64,000 nt of DNA from a phage. Of this stretch, positions 9,489 through 19,423 are shown piece by piece (within the stretch, counting starts at the first letter, position 1; every line of letters starts with the position of its first letter). The translations under genes were made by a program, and so were the position numbers. The notes under the pieces are model-generated. The model was not told the DNA's origin. It saw only the letters and a program-made list of their open reading frames with translations, and made no database searches. The stretch lies in sequence record PX068455.1; one strand, written 5' to 3'.

Positions 9489-9755
9489 ATGTTATTTATG
9501 GCAACAGAGGTAGTAATTAAAGCTGAACGCCCAGTTAAAAAAGCTATCAACACGTTCCCTGTGGGGACCATTGTGAGCATGATCACAGAGTCAGGTCGTG
9601 TATCTACGCTGCTGATTGTGAAATCTGCATGTTCTTCTTGTGTGTGGGCTTACGATCTGGACGAGAAAGAACTAAAAGATTTTGTTGGGGAGCTGAAAGC
9701 AACCGAGCTCGATGCTCGTATCGAAGTATTTGGTGAAACTATGGAGGAAGAGTAA
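9489..9755 (+). CDS. small hypothetical protein, paralog family member 1
   Basis: 88 aa; shares F-x-x-G-[TE]-[IV]-[VL] then acidic, hydrophobic, Cys pattern with the next two ORFs. Confidence 0.4.
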   Translation: MLFMATEVVIKAERPVKKAINTFPVGTIVSMITESGRVSTLLIVKSACSSCVWAYDLDEKELKDFVGELKATELDARIEVFGETMEEE

Positions 9756-10018
9756 TGACCACGAAAATCACTATTGCAGAACCGAAAGCTAACACGCAAC
9801 CTATCGAAAAGTTTAAATGCGGCGAGGTGGTAACATTCACACCAGATAATGAAGATGCTAAGATTTTCGCAATGGTCACAGCTGAGTGGATGTGTGACAA
9901 CACCACACAGGTTCTGCGTTTTGACACCTATCTTACCGATGAAATCAGGAACGACAAGATTGTGACTGGTGTGGATACTGAGATTGTTTTCTACAAGAGC
10001 TTTTTAGAGGGTTTCTGA
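9755..10018 (+). CDS. small hypothetical protein, paralog family member 2
   Basis: 87 aa; TAATG stop/start overlap with previous ORF. Confidence 0.4.
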   Translation: MTTKITIAEPKANTQPIEKFKCGEVVTFTPDNEDAKIFAMVTAEWMCDNTTQVLRFDTYLTDEIRNDKIVTGVDTEIVFYKSFLEGF

Positions 10019-10019
10019 T

Positions 10020-10253
10020 ATGGCAAAAATTCGAAAATTATCTAGCAATCAGGTTGTGAAAGACTTCGAATCTGGAGAGATTCTTTATGTTCGTGATGCA
10101 GATGACGAAGGTGAAGATCTCGTTATGTTGGTGGGGCACGCTGAGGACGGATGCATCCAAGCTGTTTTTCTTGAAACAGCTATGGTGCACTGGATAGAGC
10201 TGGACTTGAAAGCACGAAAACCTAAAGCAGAAATCCTGATTTACGAAGATTAA
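10020..10253 (+). CDS. small hypothetical protein, paralog family member 3
   Basis: 77 aa; same motif pattern (FESGEILYV...). Confidence 0.4.
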   Translation: MAKIRKLSSNQVVKDFESGEILYVRDADDEGEDLVMLVGHAEDGCIQAVFLETAMVHWIELDLKARKPKAEILIYED

Positions 10254-10269
10254 CAAAAAGGAGATAGCC

Positions 10270-10719
10270 GTGTTGAGCAAGCGTGAATGCGACAGCATTA
10301 GCCTGAATTCTTATAAGAAACAATGGTTTGGGGTAGAAGTTTGCCGACTGCGGCTAGGCTCCTACCTGAACTTCGTTTATTATGAGAGCGATAGTCGTAT
10401 CGTTTCTTATGAAGTGTTCTACACTAAGAACACCTTCGAACTGCGCCGTAAAGTGGATGGCGGGAGAACTACCGCTCAGAATAATTGGGAAACTATCCTA
10501 CCTACAGATGTTATAGGAAGTCCCCTGAATGTATCTGAAGATGAAAATCTTATGGTTCATGCTATGATGGGACTTGACAGCTTAGAGCTGGCAATCTATG
10601 ATATGTCCATCGAAGCAGTTAAGCTGGACTACATCGAAAACACTTTAGAGGAAGGTATCAAGAAGTTTCTCAGTGAGAAATTAAAAGACCACTTTCATAA
10701 GGAGCTATACCTGTTATGA
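10270..10719 (+). CDS. hypothetical protein
   Basis: 149-aa ORF, GGAG RBS. Confidence 0.4.
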   Translation: MLSKRECDSISLNSYKKQWFGVEVCRLRLGSYLNFVYYESDSRIVSYEVFYTKNTFELRRKVDGGRTTAQNNWETILPTDVIGSPLNVSEDENLMVHAMMGLDSLELAIYDMSIEAVKLDYIENTLEEGIKKFLSEKLKDHFHKELYLL

Positions 10720-10961
10720 AGACCCGTAAAGAACGTAACAAAATTTTACCTGGAGCTCTCGAACACCTGATGAAGTGCAGATCTATTTGGCACTCTGCCA
10801 AGGAAGGGCAGAAGGTGGTTGTGGTTAGTGACAATACCAACCCGTTTGGAGATTATACCACTATGATGGCCCCGTATGTCCGTGATGGTGTTGTGGAAGT
10901 GGTCCCTTACAACGGTCTGCATGAACGGCACTTTGAAAGCACTTTGCTAGTGGAGCTATAG
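10716..10961 (+). CDS. hypothetical protein
   Basis: 81-aa ORF, ATGA overlap with upstream gene. Confidence 0.35.
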   Translation: MKTRKERNKILPGALEHLMKCRSIWHSAKEGQKVVVVSDNTNPFGDYTTMMAPYVRDGVVEVVPYNGLHERHFESTLLVEL

Positions 10962-10963
10962 TC

Positions 10964-11530
10964 ATGGCGGTCAATGTGGCTTACAACACAGGAAAGCTTG
11001 ACAGAGACATTGGGTGTCTTGTCCTTTCAGATACAGAAGAGTATTGGGGTTATGGGTTGCTGTCAGACCCACACCCGAGCAACCTTGTATCAACAGTGCT
11101 ATACCGCTACGACCCTGTGCCAACGGTACACGACAAAGACATTCACGACCTTCGGATCAAGTGTCTGGAAGATCTGCTGAACAATGGTTGCAATGATCTG
11201 AGGGTAGCCAAAGAGAAGCTTACAAACATTCACAAAGAGGAAGTGATGAGCACCCTCAGTAAGAGATCAGTGCACAAAAAGATGATGCTGAACTTTGCAA
11301 TGGGTATCTACATGGACGGGTATAAGGGAGGTGATCCGATTCTCAAGCTTCGCTGCCCAACACTGTGGGAAAGGGTGGTTGACAGTAAGGACGGCACTGC
11401 CCTGCTTGAGCTTCACACTGCAGGTTGGATATGGCGGTATGTTGATGGATACCCTCTATGGGCATGTGGGCCTGGGGAATTTGTTGACAGGCCTAGTGCG
11501 GTGGTGGACCTGCTATTGCAGTTTGAATAA
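10964..11530 (+). CDS. hypothetical protein
   Basis: 188-aa ORF. Confidence 0.4.
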   Translation: MAVNVAYNTGKLDRDIGCLVLSDTEEYWGYGLLSDPHPSNLVSTVLYRYDPVPTVHDKDIHDLRIKCLEDLLNNGCNDLRVAKEKLTNIHKEEVMSTLSKRSVHKKMMLNFAMGIYMDGYKGGDPILKLRCPTLWERVVDSKDGTALLELHTAGWIWRYVDGYPLWACGPGEFVDRPSAVVDLLLQFE

Positions 11531-11585
11531 AAGTGAGATATAAGGTGTTCATGCACCTACTAACAATACAACAAGAGAGACTGAG

Positions 11586-11861
11586 ATGACGAAAGAAGAA
11601 GCTGACGTATTAGACTTTGCACTGGAGGCTACGCAAGAGGCTCTGGTGTTAGCTTGGAAAATGAACCAGCGTGCTGCAGAATGCAACCGCCGAATCAATG
11701 AGATCCTGGGCATGTCTATGTATGATTTCACCATGCATGCTGGAGAGATTCCTGAATTAACTGCTGAGATGAATGATCTTGACGATAAAATTAATATCAT
11801 TCTGAAGACAGCAGAAACAACTCACCAAACCGCCCGTAAATTTATCAACGAGAAGGTGTGA
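11586..11861 (+). CDS. hypothetical protein
   Basis: 91-aa ORF. Confidence 0.35.
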   Translation: MTKEEADVLDFALEATQEALVLAWKMNQRAAECNRRINEILGMSMYDFTMHAGEIPELTAEMNDLDDKINIILKTAETTHQTARKFINEKV

Positions 11862-12328
11862 ATATGGACTACAGCTACTGCGGGGAAGAGGTCCCTTTTA
11901 ACTACAGCAATCTTACCACAAGCAATCCATATGAGACACGCCACGGCACACACATCATTGCCATTGACTTTGATGGAACATTTAATGCGAGTCCTTTCAT
12001 CTTCTCCCGCCTGATCAGGGACCTGAAGAAGGAGAGGTGGACAGTATACCTTGTGACTTTCCGATTCATTACTCAAGACAATGTGGACATTGAGTATTGG
12101 CGCAAGGAGCTTGATGTTGGTGTGTTTTATACTGGAGGTATTCAGAAGGCAGCCTATCTGGCGCAGTTTGATATCTACCCAGATATTTGGATTGATGATT
12201 CTCCGGCATGTATTCCGGCTAAAAATCAGTTAGAGTTTGCAATGAAGGAGATCGAGTATAAGTCTGAGGCTAAGCGGAACGGATGGCCTTTTATTATTGA
12301 AGATTACCCAGATCCTGAACCGGAGTAA
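11858..12328 (+). CDS. HAD-superfamily hydrolase-like protein
   Basis: 156 aa; HAD motif I IAIDFDGTF near the N-terminus. Confidence 0.45.
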   Translation: MNMDYSYCGEEVPFNYSNLTTSNPYETRHGTHIIAIDFDGTFNASPFIFSRLIRDLKKERWTVYLVTFRFITQDNVDIEYWRKELDVGVFYTGGIQKAAYLAQFDIYPDIWIDDSPACIPAKNQLEFAMKEIEYKSEAKRNGWPFIIEDYPDPEPE

Positions 12329-12333
12329 GAGCC

Positions 12334-12504
12334 ATGAGGCGAAGATATCATTACCTGATGTGGAAGTTATATCATGGTGCTGCTAAAGCTTACCGCACCG
12401 TGTTTAGTAATGACAATCACTGCATTATGTTACGCCTTGCCGCCATTGGACATCACAATGAGTGGATTCGTGCAATCGTAATAGGTGACAAAGATTTTAA
12501 GTAA
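12334..12504 (+). CDS. small ORF (56 aa), unannotated in the ORF track
   Basis: ATG preceded by GAGTAAGAG RBS-like sequence; falls below the ORF-track length cutoff. Confidence 0.2.
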   Translation: MRRRYHYLMWKLYHGAAKAYRTVFSNDNHCIMLRLAAIGHHNEWIRAIVIGDKDFK

Positions 12505-12534
12505 AGTATTGCTTTCTAGATGGAGACTGATTAA

Positions 12535-12915
12535 ATGTGCAAGTGTAAATCCTATAATTGGAAAGTGAAAGGTGCCAAGCATCAAAATGTTATCGTTGAT
12601 GTGCCTAAAAAGCTCCGTGACGGCAAAAAACGTGTGTGCCTTGATAAGTGCATGGCTAAGCCTATCATGAGTCTATGGGCGGCAGGATTGAAAACTCTAA
12701 ACTGCTGCTGTGGTCATAACAAAGATGTTCCAAGTATCATTATCCCAGAAGATGCAGACCCTAAAGCTTATGCAAAAATACTGACCCGCTACCCCAGCAC
12801 CTTCCTGATCGGAAAATGGTGTCACGATGAACTTCAATGGTGGGTAGCATACGGTAGTATAGGTACTGCTTTTGGCTTTCCAGCCCTGTCAGAGCGCTAC
12901 GTAAAAGTGTCATAA
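12535..12915 (+). CDS. Cys-rich hypothetical protein (possible metal-binding)
   Basis: 126 aa with CxC, CxxxC and CCCGHN clusters; GGAG RBS. Confidence 0.4.
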   Translation: MCKCKSYNWKVKGAKHQNVIVDVPKKLRDGKKRVCLDKCMAKPIMSLWAAGLKTLNCCCGHNKDVPSIIIPEDADPKAYAKILTRYPSTFLIGKWCHDELQWWVAYGSIGTAFGFPALSERYVKVS

Positions 12916-12924
12916 TCGATTTTA

Positions 12925-12942
12925 AGGCCTCAAACGAGGCCT
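12925..12942 (+). terminator. hairpin AGGCCTC-AAAC-GAGGCCT, weak terminator or attenuator
   Basis: 7-bp perfect stem right after the stop of 12535..12915; no strong U-tract. Confidence 0.3.
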
Positions 12943-13021
12943 GTGCCTTCATAAATTGTCCTACCCTATGTGATTACCCACCCTGAACAAAATACCTCTC
13001 CAAAATCGTTTAAAATTAAGC

Positions 13022-13050
13022 TTGACCCCAACATCAGATCTATGTATGAT
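13022..13050 (+). promoter_or_regulatory. sigma70-like promoter (TTGACC-17-TATGAT)
   Basis: -35 at 13022-13027, -10 at 13045-13050; followed by GGAG RBS and ATG at 13081. Confidence 0.45.
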
Positions 13051-13080
13051 TACCTCACCAACCAAACAGAGGAGATCGTC

Positions 13081-13488
13081 ATGAACAATCTTGCAGATGT
13101 AAATGTCGAAATTGTTAAACTAAAGTTCTTGGGCTTTCGAGACCCTTATTCTTTAACAGCTATACTAATGGACACTCACTTCACACCAGGTAAAGAGTAC
13201 ACAGCCTTCCGTTATATTTGTGGAGATCACGAATCAGCTTATAGTGTGAATACAAACCTCGGCGAGGGATATTTCATCAGAGATATCACAGATCACTTAT
13301 GGGGAATGTGGGAGTTGGTGGAAGAAGAGAATAAATCCCTTCCTAAAGAGATTTGGGTGCACACCTTCCACACAGGTAAGTTTGGAGGTACGGAACATAA
13401 GTCTATCCACTATGATGAAGAAAGTGCCATCAAACAACAAGCTGTGCTTGGTGGATCTGTAGAAAAATTTTTTAAATGCGAGGACTGA
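13081..13488 (+). CDS. hypothetical protein
   Basis: Track ORF 12970..13488; internal ATG at 13081 (MNNLADVNV) has a promoter and RBS, so the shorter form is preferred. Confidence 0.4.
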   Translation: MNNLADVNVEIVKLKFLGFRDPYSLTAILMDTHFTPGKEYTAFRYICGDHESAYSVNTNLGEGYFIRDITDHLWGMWELVEEENKSLPKEIWVHTFHTGKFGGTEHKSIHYDEESAIKQQAVLGGSVEKFFKCED

Positions 13489-13491
13489 GAA

Positions 13492-13692
13492 ATGGCTGAT
13501 TTTTGTAAAGATTGCTCTGAAGAGTTGTTTGGCTTTGACTGCAAAGATTTGGAAGGTCTGATCACTGAGGATCAGTGGAAGGAAGGCTATGCAGCACCTG
13601 TTATTTGTGAAGGTTGTGGCTATACCTATGTTGACCATAAAGGTAAGCGCGTCAAGCCGTCTGAAGATGGGGCATGTTGGGAGTATTACTAA
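13492..13692 (+). CDS. small Cys-containing protein (zinc-ribbon-like)
   Basis: 66 aa; CKDC...CEGCG pairs. Confidence 0.35.
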   Translation: MADFCKDCSEELFGFDCKDLEGLITEDQWKEGYAAPVICEGCGYTYVDHKGKRVKPSEDGACWEYY

Positions 13693-13700
13693 CTATAAAA

Positions 13701-13730
13701 AGAAAGGGGCCGTTTGGCCCCTTTTTATTT
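13701..13730. terminator. bidirectional intrinsic terminator between convergent blocks
   Basis: AGGGGCC-GTTT-GGCCCCT hairpin flanked by T-runs on both strands, between stop 13692 (+) and stop 13739 (-). Confidence 0.65.
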
Positions 13731-13738
13731 ACCCCTTG

Positions 13739-16700
13739 TTAACGAGAAAAGGTTGCGTAGGCTTCTAGACGATACTGCTGGTCACCAGGGAACATAACAC
13801 CTATAGAGGCTGTCCCTAGAATCCTGCCTTCCCTTCCAGACTCCATTCTGAACCCTACCCATCCTGAACTCCTTGCAGCCTCGATGTTGTCGCTATACCC
13901 GAAAGTGGCAAGATCGTCAACACCAGCCCCAAACAGCAACTGAAGCTGACTTCTCGGAAGCCCTATAATTTCAGGAATATACGCACCAAAGTACACCATC
14001 TGCCCTACCTTAGGACCGCTGCCGTACTCCATCGGTTTGCTTGTAGAGAAAGTCTTCATACCAGAAGTACCTGCCGGATTAGGGTATGCCCCGTTTGTTG
14101 CTGTACCTATCCACATTCTCCACTGTGGTGCCATCTGTTTAACAGTAAAAGATGTTGAGGACGTTTTGCGGCCTGCATCATCTGTAACTACAAACTTTAT
14201 GGTGACATTCCCAGTAGCTTTAAATGTTACCAGTCCTGTGGTAGCATCCACTGTTGCAATGTTGGTATTGCTACTTTCCCAAGTCTTTCTAATCCCAGAT
14301 ACGTTGGAAGGGGTAATAGAAGGTTCCTGCATCTGCAGTTTACCGCCCACAATCCCTATGCCGTTGCCAGGATTATACAGTGCACCAACCTCGTCTATAA
14401 TGTTCCCTGCTTTGAGACTATACTTCCTTGAGAAATTGTAGGTTCCGTTATAAGTGTGTGTCCCTGAGAAGGTGACATCTGCCTTCCCGTAAGAGATGCA
14501 AACCAACGCATACTTCCTGTCAGGCAACGTTTCTCCAGTCTCTGGGTGAGTTTTACCTACCTGGAACACACTCGGGTCAGTAGAGTCGTGACTATCACTA
14601 ACGGAGCTTGGACCGCCCATCAACTGTGACAAACAATTCCTTACCCATGTCCAGTTATTATCGCTGGAGAAGTCCACAGTCAAATCAAACACAACCCACT
14701 CATTTGGCTTCCACACAGGTGTTGTAATGGACTTGCCTACACCACCTCCTTGGAGTGTTGCCGACTGTTCAGTGATCAGGGCCGCATAGGCCAGAGTTCC
14801 TAAACTCAGAGTCTGGCTTGCTGTCCTCACTACCTTAGAATCAGCATCTGTGAAGTTGTTGATGATTTGGAATGTGCCATAAGTGTTTTTACAGGTAATT
14901 CTGGCGTTCAGTGTGTCAATCTTCCTCACATCTGCCATAGCAGTGTTAGACACAGAGAAGTCAGAAGCTTTAGCTGAGTTTGCCGCAACAGCAGGATCAA
15001 CGTTAAGAGTTGCGTTGAACTGACAAGCAGGAGTAACCAGTAGCTTGTTATCACCTATTTGCTTCCATGAAACACTTTGAACAGGGAGATTCCATTTAAT
15101 ACCTGAGAAAACCTTAGCAACCCTTGGCCCCAAAGCTCCAGTCCTGTTGTCTTTACAGCACATAGACATGGTGATCGTTGACGGAGTGGCCTGACCAAAT
15201 AATTGCTGTGCTTTTGCAGAGGACATAGTGTAGAAATTGTCCTTAACAAACTCATCAGCAGCTAAAGATCCATCAGCTCTCCACCACTGAACCTGATACC
15301 CTGTTTTGTCCCAACCACCGACCTGCTTCAAGTCCTCCCAGGAGATTTCCAGATCCCCGGTGGTAGGATTGATTGCAGCAGTTCCTGGTGTTCCAGATGA
15401 CCATATTGGAATATCGAACCACGCTGGTTTAACCGACTGCACTGCGCTGGGACCTATTGCGGCAGCAAGTTGCTGGCCCATCAATACGCGAGCATCTTTC
15501 ACCAGACCCCACTCAATCATAGACCCAGAGTAACCTTCTTTCTTGTAGGCTGAGGATCCGTTCAAATGGATGAGTCGGCTTGTGCCAAAGTTATGTGCTC
15601 CACCACCGTTGTCGTCTGCAAAATTGGTTATGATTCTGTCCCTGATATTTTTCCATGCCCTGCCTCCAATCTCGTAGTCATGGTCATAACATCTTTGCAG
15701 TGTTGTCCAGCAAATGATCGCCATCCTTCTACCATTGCTGAAGCCAAAGGCCTGATCGTTAAGCTCTCTCCACAAGTAGCAGTTGGTGGTCCACATGGCC
15801 CTATGAATGTTAAACCAGTTTATAGATTTGGCTGAGTTGTTCCACTGAGTCCCAGGTAATTCAGGCCATACTGCATTAACCAGCATGTCTTCTGTTCCTG
15901 CATCAACCAAGAACCCTCTCACCTTCTTACCCATGCCTACCCTATCTTTTGCAATCCAACTGCCAAACAATCTCAGTTTTGGACCGTAGACAACATCTTC
16001 CGGATGCTCAAAAGAAATATATTTTAGGTATATTGTAGGGTCACCATAGGTGCCATCACAAACAGCTTTGTGCATGTTCTCACCAAGGTCTAGACGAAGT
16101 CCTGTTACAACTCTAGACGTGTCGGTGAATTTGTCTGTTAAATCAAACTCATACCACCACCAACCTGCACCCAACAATACTTTCTTACAACGCTGTGCAT
16201 CTGTATCAGATATTCTCTTATCGCCTGCAAAAGGTGAGTCAGCAAACTGATAGTGCAGAGCAACCTCAAAAGGATGTGTGGATGTCCCGTTTTCTGCAAG
16301 AACTTGTTTACCTATCAGGTCGCACTTAATGATCATCACAACACGTTTGTATCCGTTTGTTACCGGAATTTGCATGGACATGGATGTCCCATCCATGTTT
16401 GATCTCAGTGCAGTCATGATGATATAAGGGTCAACGGCATTGCCCAAAGTCTCAGGACCGGGGATTATCTTATACTTCTTGACCTGCCCCATGATGTAGT
16501 CACTTGCGTAAGTTGCCTCATTCAAGCAAGATCCTCCACCAGGTAACTCACCAGGTCCCCAGAAAAATGCGCCGTAACAGTTGTAGAACCACTTGTTAGG
16601 ATCGTATTTATTCTTGAAGGTCTGAACCTCGTTGGCCTGTTTTGTCAAGAAAACCTGCGTGTCTGTGAAGATTGCAGGGTTTACTCTCGCCTGTCTTGGA

Positions 16701-19375
16701 GGGTAACCTGTAGTTTGGTTAAACCACAAATTACAAGAGTAATCCCTCATATAGTCATAATCAGAGTATTTGTTTACATCTTCGTTCCAACACATGTTTA
16801 GGTTGGTACCGCCCATGCATACAATATATTCTGCGACATACTTATCACTTCTGGTAGGAATACCTATGAACCATCTGTTAACAGGCTCATCCCAAGCTGT
16901 GCGCTCATCTTTAACGCAGATAGCAATCCAGTCATGTGTTCCTGTTTTCTTGCACACATCTCGCTTCATACCATAGTAGAACTCTTTAGTATTCGGCTCA
17001 GGTGCATTTATCAGGTAACTCCATGCCTGATTTGCATAAGTTCCATTGGTGCGTGGATCATGATCAAAGGCATACATGATGATCCTTTCCCCACCAAGAT
17101 GTTCGCCAAGAGTAACTTTGACATTCACATCGCCGTAACCATTGCGAACAACATCCATATTGTCAATAGAGATGCCTCTGGGAGTGTAGGCAATCTTCAG
17201 CGAGTTATCCTCACTAGTGCCACCAAGTGTAATCCCTATGTTGTTTGTTGTCCCGTCGGCATATCTTACTGTGGCTTCCCAGCGTATTCCGAAATATCCT
17301 GCATCATGGCTAACAATTTTCAGTGTACGAGCACCAGAGTTAGGTTTTCCAGGATCAGGCCAAGGATTTGGATGTTCATGGACAGTCAACGATGTCCCGT
17401 TTTGCTCGTTGACCTGCAACATTTTACCGCCTCTGCCGTTAGGGTTGAACTCCCACAAGGCTTGTGTTTTCACAATATTGTCATACGTGGTACGTCTCTG
17501 ATCGTAGATCTCCTGAGTCACATCGTAGGTTACAGACCCGGCATCCATTCTATGGAGTCGTACTATATACGATGTATCGCCTTCTACAGCAGGTTGAGCT
17601 GCGTTAAGCCCGAAGTATACAGTATCGTTGACATGGAACTGTTTGTTTCTACCGACAGTATGCCACTTGCCGTTGGACGGGTACGCTGGGACGATAGTGT
17701 TCCAGTTCAAAGTCCTTGTTGTGTGGGTTCTGCCTGTGCCATGTTTGTCATGATAGGTTATTTTTACAGAGTACAGTCCACGTCTGTTAACATTTCTGTT
17801 ATATTGGGTAACAACAACTTCGTTGGCCCCGCCGTGGTTCCAGTTGGTGGAGAATTGGTAATTTGCATCTGTAACAACCGTGCCTGCAGCATTTACCAGT
17901 TCAATCTTGTCAATAATGAACGTAGCCCCCTCTGGCTGAGGCTTCAATTTCATCTTGACCGTGTCACCAATGTAAATATTGCTAACGCTGCTAACACCGT
18001 TAACTTCGAAAATATCATCAACACCCCAACTGTCTACTGGGACATTTTTATACCAATTCTCAGGAACCTCTGTGAACCCCTGGCTATTAAGTCTGCCGCC
18101 AAACAGGTTGTTAGATCCTGCAAAACTTCCCCTTGGGATGCCTGACCACCAAAGTTTACCATTAACAACAGTAAAGGTTCCTAAGAAACCTTCTCTGTGG
18201 ATGCCTTGGAAATAAACACTCTCTGTCCAGCTAACTGGCAGGCGTTGCTCAACATATTTAGCTGTAGCAAGAGCTTGATAGTGGATAAAATTAGCCCTAG
18301 GGCTATTGTTTGCAGATTGTGCACCAATATCATTACACAAGTTGCGAGAGAATCCACGATACTGTTTAGTGCCATTATTGAAGAAAATGCCACTTGTGCC
18401 ATATCCACGAGCCATTATCACCTCATGGGTGTAGGTGATATTTAAGGAACGCCATGTGTCATCTCCCCAGACGTCTTGCCCGTAGAATACGTTAACAAGC
18501 TGCTGGTCATTGGGTTTGTGCATCCTCTGTGTGGCAATTATTGCCCCGTTAGGGCCACACATAAACCCTTTCCACTCCTCATCTGCAGGAATGCCCCTCA
18601 AATCGTTACGAGTAATCTGCACAGGGGGCCAAACAAGGTCGTTTCTACTGTTATTTCTCAGAAAGTCGTATCCAGCAATCCAGAAACCCCTAGGACCACC
18701 GAAAATAACAGAATTGTCATGCACCTCGCAGTTGATGCTTGGGTTTTTCCAAGGTCCTGTTTCAGGATTTTCCGATGTCTCACCAATCTTCACAGGGGTT
18801 GCATGCTGATTTTTATCTACATGTAAAGATCCGTAGGTGTTGTTACCAGATCCATACAGGTTAAGTATGCCAGTACCTTCTGCCTCTGCAATAACCCAGA
18901 CAGTGTTGTTAATACCGCCCATCACCTCAATAAGGCGTTCTGGGTGGGTGTCAAGGTGCAATCCTTTAACAATCTGCTCTGGGAGTGGTGTCCACTCGTT
19001 TACGCAAACATCATTACCGCCTGCAGCAGTGGATCCGATAAGACCTGCAGTGCAGCCGATGTAGAAAAACTGGTTATCAAAAGTCCGGATCACAAACGCG
19101 CGGTCTGCTCTCCACACATGATCAACATTCCAGGCTGTTTCGCTCGGATAGTTTATAGGGCTACGATCCCCAGTGCGGCACTCTCCGAACTTGTTATAGC
19201 CGGTAATATTAAGCTGACCATCATCAAAAAGTATAGCTAAGCTATTTACATAGGATACTGTGTTGCTTGTACCATCACTGTTGTCTATTGGGTATGACAG
19301 AACAGCAAGTTCCTTAATTCCACCCCTCTTATCGAGGAAATGACGACCAAGTTTTAGCAAAGGGATTGGAAGCAT
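13739..19375 (-). CDS. giant virion protein (1878 aa), probable tail fibre/tailspike with Ig-like domain
   Basis: Uninterrupted 5.6-kb ORF; Gly/Asn-rich beta-type repeats; Big_2-like Ig segment NVSGIRKTWESSNTNIATVDATTGLVTFKATGNVTIKF near the C-terminus; sits in the tail-fibre cluster. Confidence 0.55.
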   Translation of the reverse strand: MLPIPLLKLGRHFLDKRGGIKELAVLSYPIDNSDGTSNTVSYVNSLAILFDDGQLNITGYNKFGECRTGDRSPINYPSETAWNVDHVWRADRAFVIRTFDNQFFYIGCTAGLIGSTAAGGNDVCVNEWTPLPEQIVKGLHLDTHPERLIEVMGGINNTVWVIAEAEGTGILNLYGSGNNTYGSLHVDKNQHATPVKIGETSENPETGPWKNPSINCEVHDNSVIFGGPRGFWIAGYDFLRNNSRNDLVWPPVQITRNDLRGIPADEEWKGFMCGPNGAIIATQRMHKPNDQQLVNVFYGQDVWGDDTWRSLNITYTHEVIMARGYGTSGIFFNNGTKQYRGFSRNLCNDIGAQSANNSPRANFIHYQALATAKYVEQRLPVSWTESVYFQGIHREGFLGTFTVVNGKLWWSGIPRGSFAGSNNLFGGRLNSQGFTEVPENWYKNVPVDSWGVDDIFEVNGVSSVSNIYIGDTVKMKLKPQPEGATFIIDKIELVNAAGTVVTDANYQFSTNWNHGGANEVVVTQYNRNVNRRGLYSVKITYHDKHGTGRTHTTRTLNWNTIVPAYPSNGKWHTVGRNKQFHVNDTVYFGLNAAQPAVEGDTSYIVRLHRMDAGSVTYDVTQEIYDQRRTTYDNIVKTQALWEFNPNGRGGKMLQVNEQNGTSLTVHEHPNPWPDPGKPNSGARTLKIVSHDAGYFGIRWEATVRYADGTTNNIGITLGGTSEDNSLKIAYTPRGISIDNMDVVRNGYGDVNVKVTLGEHLGGERIIMYAFDHDPRTNGTYANQAWSYLINAPEPNTKEFYYGMKRDVCKKTGTHDWIAICVKDERTAWDEPVNRWFIGIPTRSDKYVAEYIVCMGGTNLNMCWNEDVNKYSDYDYMRDYSCNLWFNQTTGYPPRQARVNPAIFTDTQVFLTKQANEVQTFKNKYDPNKWFYNCYGAFFWGPGELPGGGSCLNEATYASDYIMGQVKKYKIIPGPETLGNAVDPYIIMTALRSNMDGTSMSMQIPVTNGYKRVVMIIKCDLIGKQVLAENGTSTHPFEVALHYQFADSPFAGDKRISDTDAQRCKKVLLGAGWWWYEFDLTDKFTDTSRVVTGLRLDLGENMHKAVCDGTYGDPTIYLKYISFEHPEDVVYGPKLRLFGSWIAKDRVGMGKKVRGFLVDAGTEDMLVNAVWPELPGTQWNNSAKSINWFNIHRAMWTTNCYLWRELNDQAFGFSNGRRMAIICWTTLQRCYDHDYEIGGRAWKNIRDRIITNFADDNGGGAHNFGTSRLIHLNGSSAYKKEGYSGSMIEWGLVKDARVLMGQQLAAAIGPSAVQSVKPAWFDIPIWSSGTPGTAAINPTTGDLEISWEDLKQVGGWDKTGYQVQWWRADGSLAADEFVKDNFYTMSSAKAQQLFGQATPSTITMSMCCKDNRTGALGPRVAKVFSGIKWNLPVQSVSWKQIGDNKLLVTPACQFNATLNVDPAVAANSAKASDFSVSNTAMADVRKIDTLNARITCKNTYGTFQIINNFTDADSKVVRTASQTLSLGTLAYAALITEQSATLQGGGVGKSITTPVWKPNEWVVFDLTVDFSSDNNWTWVRNCLSQLMGGPSSVSDSHDSTDPSVFQVGKTHPETGETLPDRKYALVCISYGKADVTFSGTHTYNGTYNFSRKYSLKAGNIIDEVGALYNPGNGIGIVGGKLQMQEPSITPSNVSGIRKTWESSNTNIATVDATTGLVTFKATGNVTIKFVVTDDAGRKTSSTSFTVKQMAPQWRMWIGTATNGAYPNPAGTSGMKTFSTSKPMEYGSGPKVGQMVYFGAYIPEIIGLPRSQLQLLFGAGVDDLATFGYSDNIEAARSSGWVGFRMESGREGRILGTASIGVMFPGDQQYRLEAYATFSR

Positions 19376-19383
19376 TGTGTTCT

Positions 19384-19416
19384 CCAGATAAGAAAACCGC
19401 CCCGTCAGGAGCGGTT
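19384..19416 (-). terminator. hairpin AACCGC...GCGGUU plus U-rich tract
   Basis: 6-bp stem, 10-nt loop, UUUUCUUAUCU downstream on the minus transcript. Confidence 0.4.
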
Positions 19417-19423
19417 AGATATA

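Noticed and set aside
16934-18145. 403-aa plus-strand ORF
   Set aside because: Lies entirely antisense within the 1878-aa minus-strand gene, is Cys/Ile-rich and low complexity, and has no RBS; typical spurious antisense frame in a long gene.
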